Program-made: the position numbers and the translations under genes | Shown here: piece by piece, positions 56,366 to 64,000 of the stretch | Layout: the number at the start of each line of letters is the position of its first letter | Numbering within the stretch: the stretch's first letter is position 1 | From: Eledone cirrhosa | Lineage: Eukaryota | Direction: 5' to 3' | Length of the DNA stretch: 64,000 nt | Assembly (NCBI GenBank): GCA_964016885.1 | Contig: OZ024752.1 | Location: forward strand, 5,208,001 to 5,272,000 | Notes under the pieces: model-generated | The model's database searches: none | The model's input: only the letters and a program-made list of their open reading frames with translations | Told to the model about the DNA's origin: nothing

Positions 56366-59174
56366 GGGATAACAAGTTATCGTTATAGGTAATCCAGTTA
56401 GAGGTTGTGAGTACTCTGTATTGTGGATAGTTTTAGCGTACGGCATTGTTTGACTCAACAAGAGGTTTCCATAGGTAGGTAGTGAGTTCGCCAGAATTCC
56501 TATGAAGGACATTCTTGGAGTAATAATAGTGAAAGATTGAAGAATAAACATGGTCGGCTGTACAAAAAGGTTTTATTTCTAGTATTAACAATTGTTTCAA
56601 TGGTCAGGTGAATCTAAAGGCTCACTCGAAGTTGCATCACTCGACCTTAAATACAGTGTTTACCTCTGACCAAATCATCGGAATACTGGAGGTTTTACAT
56701 ATGGCATTGGTATTTATAGATATTGGAGAATCAAAACAATAACATCAATAATAAAAGATAATAATAAAGAAGTAAAGAAGTTAGAATAAAGATGATAAAG
56801 ATGTAAAAATATAAGTACAGAATACGATTGCTGATAATAGTGGTAATGGTGGTGGTTGTCGTCGTAGTGAGTAAGTGTATGTGTAAAGACGTGGTGAGGG
56901 TCGAGATAATACTAACATGAAACGAAACATTAAACACATAGATACGAAGTGGTCAAATCTCAGAGGGTTACAGTAGAAAATAAAAAAATAGTAACAAATG
57001 ACAGATAAAAGATAATAAATTAAAATTTAAGTGAGAGGGGAAGAGATACAGGACAGGAGACAGGGAGTTGGGGTGGCGATACGATGTGGTAAATGTCTGG
57101 CAAGCTGATTGTCTTATCTTAATGGGGGTGATGTGGCTTTAGGGAAAGAGTGAAAGAAAGGTTAGGAGATTTACGATGTTGATTTAGTGACCAGTTGGTC
57201 AGTTGACAGCTAATAACAGTGGGGTGGTATGTAGTCAGTACATTAAAATCTGGGTGGTTCTGCTTGAATTCTGAGATTGCTGAATCGAATCATGTTGGTT
57301 TGAAATTTGCGAACTTGGTTGCTGCTTTGTGCCTACAGAAAATTGATCGTTCTATTTTACTGTTAAGCATCATTTTATCATACTTTAAAATATGGAACAG
57401 CTCCATATTGCAAAGTCCACAGTGGGACATTCCATTGTTGTGGGCCCTTGCTCCCGATAATTTCGACCAGCTAATCCCATATTCCTGGTTTGTGTCCTTA
57501 AGCTGCCAGATTTTATTGGCCAGCATTGTTAAGTTCTCTAGTCTACGGTCCTTCATAGAGTGTCTGTGAACGTACCATCTTTTTTTTTTTTTTTCCAGCC
57601 GTAGAACCTATGTAGTGCCATGCTAAGTTGCCCAAATTGATAATACACAGGTACACCATACTTGATTCCAGGCATCTATTTTGTAGTGGGCACTTATCCG
57701 GCAGGTGGCAGTTATAGTTGGAGGCCTTCCTGTGTGCAGGTTCTCCGTTGCGGTTTGTATGTTGTTATGGATGGGCTGAGATTTAGGCTTATTGATGTTT
57801 TGTTGCGATGCGCCCTGATGTGTGTGTGGTTGTGATGTTGTTATGTGTTTGTATTTGGTGCTATGGTGTATGTTGGTAGCTTATTTTCCTTAGAGATTCT
57901 TTTATAGTTGATTTTATGTATGTGTGATTCTATGTTGGCTGCAGTAGAGTAAGAGAGTTTGATAGTTTTTCTGTTAAAGATTCTATGGTATTTGTGTAGT
58001 TTAGGGAAGTGTTTGTCAATTAGGCTTAAAGAATGTAGAAGGTAGTTTGGTTTTTATAGAAGAATTGAATATTGGATTGAACCATAAGTATTTCCTATAT
58101 CTGGATTTTCTGTATTTCCTAAGGGTCCCAATATTAGTGTTCGGTTCAGTTATTTCTGCTGCTCGTTGTCTATTTCTATGTTTAGTTCTATATTTGTTAT
58201 TTCTATAGGTGTGGGTAGTGTAGCTGTCGTTAGGTTTGTTGTTGTTGTCTCTATTTGGTATGTATTTGAGCCCCTCCTTATGGCATGCCTTATGTAAAGC
58301 TATGTTATAGTAGTTTGCGTGTTCGTTAAAAATCTCTAGGTTAGAAGATAGGCGGGATATTCTGAGGGATATACTATGTGCTATCGAGTTAATTATGGAG
58401 CGAGGGTGGTTTGAGTTATAACTAATGTAGGCTAGATTCTCGTTATTTTTATGGAAGGATTCTAGTGTTACATCTAAGAAGTTTGCTTTTTTAGAGTTAA
58501 GTTCGAAAGTGATACCTAGGCCTAGTTTGTTGAAGAAGACTCTGATGTTTTTCCGTCATCTTTCCATGTTTTGATTATTTAAGCTTTTAGCTAAAAGGAG
58601 CATGTCATCTCTATAAATTCCTCCAGGAAGGTTATTAAATTCCTTATGTAAGTTATGCACTATATATATTCCAACTATGTCTGTTACCTGTGCTGAGTCG
58701 CTGGGGAGATGGAGGAGTAGTAGTCGTTGATGTCAAACTATACGAAGTTAGATGTTTCCCTACTGTCTATTTTGCTAAACCAATCTATTGCTTCATTAGT
58801 GTTACCCCATAGCTTAATTACTAGTTTGTCCTTGATTTGTGCTATTACTTTATCTAGTATATACTTGCTAATTCTACCTATATCCGACTTCGATGGGCAT
58901 ATTAATCTAATTGTGGGGGTCTGTTTTGAAATTATTTTTATGATCTTTTAGGTTAAATGTGGGGTTACAAGTGGTTAGAGGCTCGGTTCTATCAGATATT
59001 TTCATTTTTTTTTTTACTATACTAAGTCCTTCCTTATTAATGCTAGTGAGTGTAGATTCTGTAGTTTTCCTGTATTTTTTTTTGTGTAGTTCACGGCGTA
59101 TAAAGTTATTGAATGTTATTGAAGGTTAGAAATAAAACCTTTTTGTACAGCCGACCATGTTATTCTTCAATCTT

Positions 59175-59180
<6 letters not shown>
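56362..59180 (-). mobile_element. Penelope-like (Naiad-like) element, 5'-truncated, with 3' pLTR and inverted partial pLTR
   Basis: Minus strand RLICPSKSDIGRISKYILD, FDINDYYSSI, DSAQVTDIVGIYI, GGIYRDDML, NCHLPDKCPLQNRCL, CGLCNME...LNSKIE...CRH; ~59128-59180 is an inverted copy of ~56526-56580. Confidence 0.88.
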
Positions 59181-59235
<55 letters not shown>

Positions 59236-59438
59236 ACAGGAGGCTGGACTGGTGAAAGGTTTATTATACTATGATCATTTCAATGACCGGGTTCAGTATG
59301 AATCCAGTGACATCATCAGGTATTCAAAATATAACAAAGGAATATAACAGATAAAATCCATGGGGCTGAAAATCGGAGGACAACCGACTATTTAGCACCT
59401 TCTACCTCAGTCGACCACCCTCGAGTCAATACCTTTGA

Positions 59439-59496
59439 ATACCTGATGATGTCACAGGATTCATACTGAACCCGGTCATTGAAATGATCATAGTAT
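59439..59496 (+). ncRNA. Hammerhead ribozyme motif in fold-back 59228-59546
   Basis: ATAC-CTGATGA-(stem II with TTCA TAC TGAA apex)-GAAA-TGATCA-TA-GTAT, overlapping a following AATAAA; palindromic stem III; mirror copy ~59266-59323 (-). Confidence 0.7.
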
Positions 59497-60039
59497 AATA
59501 AACCTTTCAAGGATTTACACCAGTCCAGCCTCCTGTTATTTTATAATAATTAACTCTGTACTCGCACCACTAACTACACAATCGAAGACAGGTGAGTTGG
59601 ATTACGTTGAGTGCTCTCCATAATATTACATCGAGATTGACCATATGGAATGACCAGTTCTATCCAGTGGTGAACCAACAAACCTAAATATATATATATA
59701 TATATATTTCAGTGGGATTTGAGCTCGGAGAGTGGAGGACCATAGCTCTATGCTATAAAGCAATTAAAATAATACTGAATGGTAACACGAACGGCTTCAA
59801 CTATATGAACTCTTTCAAAAGTCAACAGTTGACATAATCTTGTAATCTTGTATCAGTTATGGCGGTAATATATATATATACATGTGTGTGTGTGTGTAAG
59901 TGAGTATCATGTGTGTGTTTGTTTGTATGCATGAGTGTTGGTGTGCGCGTATGTATGTGTGTGTATGTCGTACGTATGAGTTTCAATAAGTGAGTTTTTT
60001 TTTTTCTTTATGCGCGAGGACATAGAAATAGTCGGGCTT

Positions 60040-60300
60040 GATACCCGATCGCGCAGTTAAACCACTGGGAGTGAAGAACCCCTAGCCCTTGTCAAGGCAT
60101 TCTTCTAGGAGAAGGCATCTCAGGAAACTGGGTTAACTCCGACATAAAACCTGTGGCTCAGTAGTTACCGATGATGTTGATCTTTTCTTCTTTTAGGGTT
60201 ATAGCTACTGTCGCTCAGAGAGTGGGATTGGCTCAGTGCACAGTCTTTTCTCACTTTAAAAATATTCTTCACGCACAGGCATTGCACAATTGCATTAATT
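60040..60300 (+). mobile_element. Short retroposon, same family as 21018-21340
   Basis: High identity to the reverse complement of 21095-21300; followed by (TAA/TAT)n. Confidence 0.6.
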
Positions 60301-60529
60301 AATAATAATTAATAGTGTATTATTATTATTATTATTATTGTTACTATTATTATTACTTTTTTTTTTCTTTTCCCAATTCAATGATGTTCCAAAACAATAT
60401 AAAAGAGATAATTGGCAATAAGGGTTCTGGAACAAAAGAGATAATTGGCAATAAGGGCAAGGGCCCCAGGTTGTCACAGTCTGGGCCGGCTCGTCATCGT
60501 GCCACTGTAATATAGCCAGACAAGGCATT

Positions 60530-62900
60530 TAGTCTTGGCTGCTGGAACGTACGGACGCTGCTTGACATGGATTCCTTGGAACGTCCTGAACGAAGGACCG
60601 CTCTTGTTGCAAAGGAGCTTAGACGTTACAATCTTGACATCGTGGCTTTATCTGAGACGAGGTTAGCTGGAGATGGTCATCTTACAGAATTTTGCAGAGA
60701 ATATACATTCTTCTGGAAAGGAAGAGATAAAGGAACCAGAAGAGAGGCTGGGGTAGCATTTGCTGTTAAGACTGTTCTTGTGAATAAATTAGAATTCCCA
60801 GTAGGGATTAGTGAGCGTCTTATGTCCATGAGAATTCCACAGGACAAAGGAAGATATACTACCCTGGTGAGTGTGTATGCTCCAACTATGAATTCTGTCG
60901 AGGAAGAAAAAGTGTCCTTTTACCATGCCTTGAAAGGTGTTTTAAGAAATATCCCTCAGGCAGACAAAGTCATCGTGCTTGGTGACTTTAATGCTAGAGT
61001 GGGTAGGGATTTTAACACATGGAATGTAATCGGAAGGCATGGGGTGGGAAAGTGTAACAACAATGGTATGCTCCTGCTGCAGATGTGTCAGGAGCTGGAT
61101 CTGTGTGTTACCAACACCATGTTCCAACAAAAGAACAAATTTAAGACTACATGGATGCATCCTGCATCGAAGAAATGGCATCTTTTGGACTACATCCTAG
61201 TCAGGATGCGTGACAGACGGGATGTGCAGTGTGTTTGTGCTCTTCATGGAGCTGAGTGCTGGATGGACCACCGCCTGGTACGCGCAAAGTGAAACTAATC
61301 ACTAAACGTAAAATCCGGGCTCCTGGTGTTGCCCTGCCCAAAAGATTGAATGCTGCTCGTCTTAAGGATAAAAATGTGAAGAGGACATTGCGAGAAGAGA
61401 TGCAGGTTGCAGATCTTGGTGAGGATTGGCCGACACTTAAAAAGTCGGTTTATGATGTAGGCAGGCGTGTTCTGGGATTGGTGCAGAGAAAACAACAGGA
61501 CTGGTTTAATGAGAATGATGAACATATAGAAGACTTGTTGGCTGATAAGAGGTGTGCTCTATCACGCTACTTGACGGCAAAAACCAAAGAAGAATATGTT
61601 GCATAAGGAACTCAAGGATGCGAAATGATGTGTTAGGCGGAGTCTTTCTCAGATGATGGATCAATGGTGGAGTGAGAAGGCTGATGAGATACAAACTGCG
61701 TCAGAGGTATATCATTGCTTTCTGTCATAGGGAAAGTTTTATGTAGGGTGCTTCTGGACCGTCTGCTGACACACATTGCAGACTGTGTTCTTCCTGAAAG
61801 TCAATCTGGTTTTCGTGCTGGACGTGGCACTACTGATATGATCTTCCCAGCTAGACAGCTCCAGGAGAAGTGCATGGAACAAGGTTTGGATCTGTATCAG
61901 CTTTTTGTCGATCTGACAAAAGCTTTCGATACTGTTAACAGAAATACATTATGGAAGATTCTCCAGAAACTTGGTTGCCCTGATAAGTTCCTTGCTTTAG
62001 TTAGGTCTTTCCATTCCATGACGACATGAAGGCTTGGGTTAATGTCGGAGGTAACATGTCGGAGCCTATCTCTGTAAAAGATGGAGTGAAACAGGGGGAT
62101 ATTCTAGTACCGACCCTGTTTGCCATATACTTTGCAATGGTTTTTCTATATTGCATTCAGGAATTGCGAGCATGGTGTTTACATCTGATATCGAACCTCA
62201 GGCAGCATATTTAGCATCAGGTACTTTGCTGCAAAAACAAAAGTATTTACATCAATCATAAGAGACCTCTTGTATGTAGATGATTGTGATCTTATAGTGC
62301 TCACAGAGAGTGATATGCAGCACATTTTGAATGCATTTTCTGATGTTTGCACTGCCCTAGGATTGACTGTCAGTCTCAAGAAAACAGTTGTCATGTACCA
62401 ACCTGCCCCTGATAAGCAGTACAGTGAACCAAATATCTATGTGTATGGTAAACGACTTGGAGTGGTTGATCAGTTTGTCTACCTGGGAAGCACTGTCAAT
62501 CGATACAACAACCTTGATAATGAAATCCCACTCAGGATTAGGAAAGCAAGTTATGCTTTGGGAAAGCTAGAAAGGCGACTCTGGGGTCGGCGAGACATAT
62601 GCAAGGAGACAAAGGTAAAGGTGTACAAGGCATGTGTGCTCTCTTCTCTTCTTTATGCCTGTGAGACCTGAGTCACATATCGACACTACCTTAACAAATG
62701 GAGCGTTTCCATCAGATGTGTGTCAGACAGATCCATGGCGTTCACTGGAGGGACCACATCAGTGATGACGAGATTTTGGAAAGCTCTCTGTGTGACAGTA
62801 TAGAAGCACTTGTGCTTAAGCAACGTCTCCGTTGGAGTGGTAACCTTGCCAGGATGAAGGATTCTAGAATACCAAAACAACTCTTTTATGGAGAGTGTGT
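60530..62900 (+). mobile_element. RTE/BovB-type LINE, decayed (APE + RT, no PHD)
   Basis: GCWNVRTLLD, DIVALSETR, VYAPT, LGDFNARVG, TWMHP, LDYIL, DHRLV; QSGFRAGRGT, FVDLTKAFD, GVKQG, LYVDD; frameshifts and deletions. Confidence 0.93.
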
Positions 62901-62933
62901 AGATATGTTTACGTGTGTGCGCGTGTGTGTGTA

Positions 62934-63392
62934 TCATCATCATCATCATCATCAACGTTTAACGTCCGTGTTCCACGCTTGCATGGGTTTGGACGGGGGT
63001 AGTCCCACTTGAGGCTAGAGTGATTGTCTTGCTCGCATAGGACTGTCTGGCAGGTTTTCTACAGCTGGATGCCCTTCCTAACACCAACCACATTTACAGT
63101 GTGGGTCTGGGAGGTTTTTACCGTGTTGCCTACACGGCCACATTACAGCGTGGACTGTGTGTTTTTTTGTCGTGACACCTACACGATCTCATTTGTTTCG
63201 GCCTGGATGGTGTGGCACCAACATAACTTTACATAGAACGAGGTGGTGTGGATGGGGTGGAGGTGGTGGGACGGGGGGGGGGGGGTATTTTGTTCGAGAT
63301 GCCTACTGGCTGTAGTAGGTTTTACTATGTATTTAGGTAAGGCGGGTCTTCTCTGTTACTGAGTACCGCCAAAGGTCTCGGTCCAGTGACAT
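62934..63392 (-). mobile_element. RTE LINE 3' end
   Basis: Reverse complement of 54765-55214. Confidence 0.9.
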
Positions 63393-63852
63393 TGTTGTTT
63401 TTGTTGTCGTTATTATTATTGTTGTTATTATTATTATGGGGGGTTGGGGTTGGGGGGGGGGGGAGTTTCTCGTGCAATGGCTATACTCGATAACGAGGGG
63501 GCAGCCATCATATATATATATATATATATATATGTGTGTATATGTGTGTATATATATATATAGGCATATATATATGTATATGTGTATGTATGTATGTTCG
63601 TAAGTATGTATGTATGGATATGCATGTATGTGTGTGTATGTATGTATTTGTATGTGTATATGTATGTATGTGTACGTATGTGTGTGTGTATGTATGTATA
63701 TATATATATACATATATGTATGTGTGTGTAGATATGTATATATATATGTATATGTATGACCTAAATAGAAGCCGACACTCAAGTCTGAGGAATGGGCAAA
63801 AATGCAAACCCTGTTTATAAACTGAGACTGTTAATCAGCTCATTATGTTTAG

Positions 63853-64000
63853 ATGGATTGGCAGTATCGGTAAAGGGTCAGATGCCATGCTTTGCAGCAA
63901 AGAGTTACTTCCCTTTACGGACTGAGTTCAAATCCCGCCGTGGTTAACTTTGCCTTTCATCCTTACGGGGTCGATAAAATAAAGTACCAGTAATACACTG
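63853..64000 (+). mobile_element. MetaSINE-like SINE, cut by window end
   Basis: Matches 11480-11630. Confidence 0.75.

Overview
AT-rich, repeat-dense metazoan DNA, probably a coleoid cephalopod (octopus-like; inferred from the repeat make-up). Most ORF-track entries are (TA)n/(CA)n/(GGT)n microsatellite artefacts. I can support only one host coding segment: a 192-nt, phase 1-1 internal exon at 44237-44428 (+) resembling the conserved cytoplasmic S-S-D-G-S-x-x-T-x-A-D-x-A-x-A-V block of Roundabout (Robo) receptors, so the window is probably mostly Robo intron. The rest is (i) many RTE-clade LINE copies with (GAT)n tails, one family carrying a C4HC3 PHD-like finger inside the RT; (ii) decayed Penelope-like elements (PLEs); (iii) mariner, maT (DD37D), pogo-like, MULE and Helitron-like DNA elements; (iv) tRNA-derived SINEs. 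The most striking unexplained structure is a dense set of short fold-back (inverted-repeat) insertions in TA microsatellites, many carrying type I hammerhead ribozyme cores (CUGANGA...GAAA...NUH) that I could fold by eye. One sits on the sense strand about 280 nt upstream of the Robo exon, and a copy elsewhere shows compensatory stem I changes. All calls are by eye; no searches or folding programs were run.
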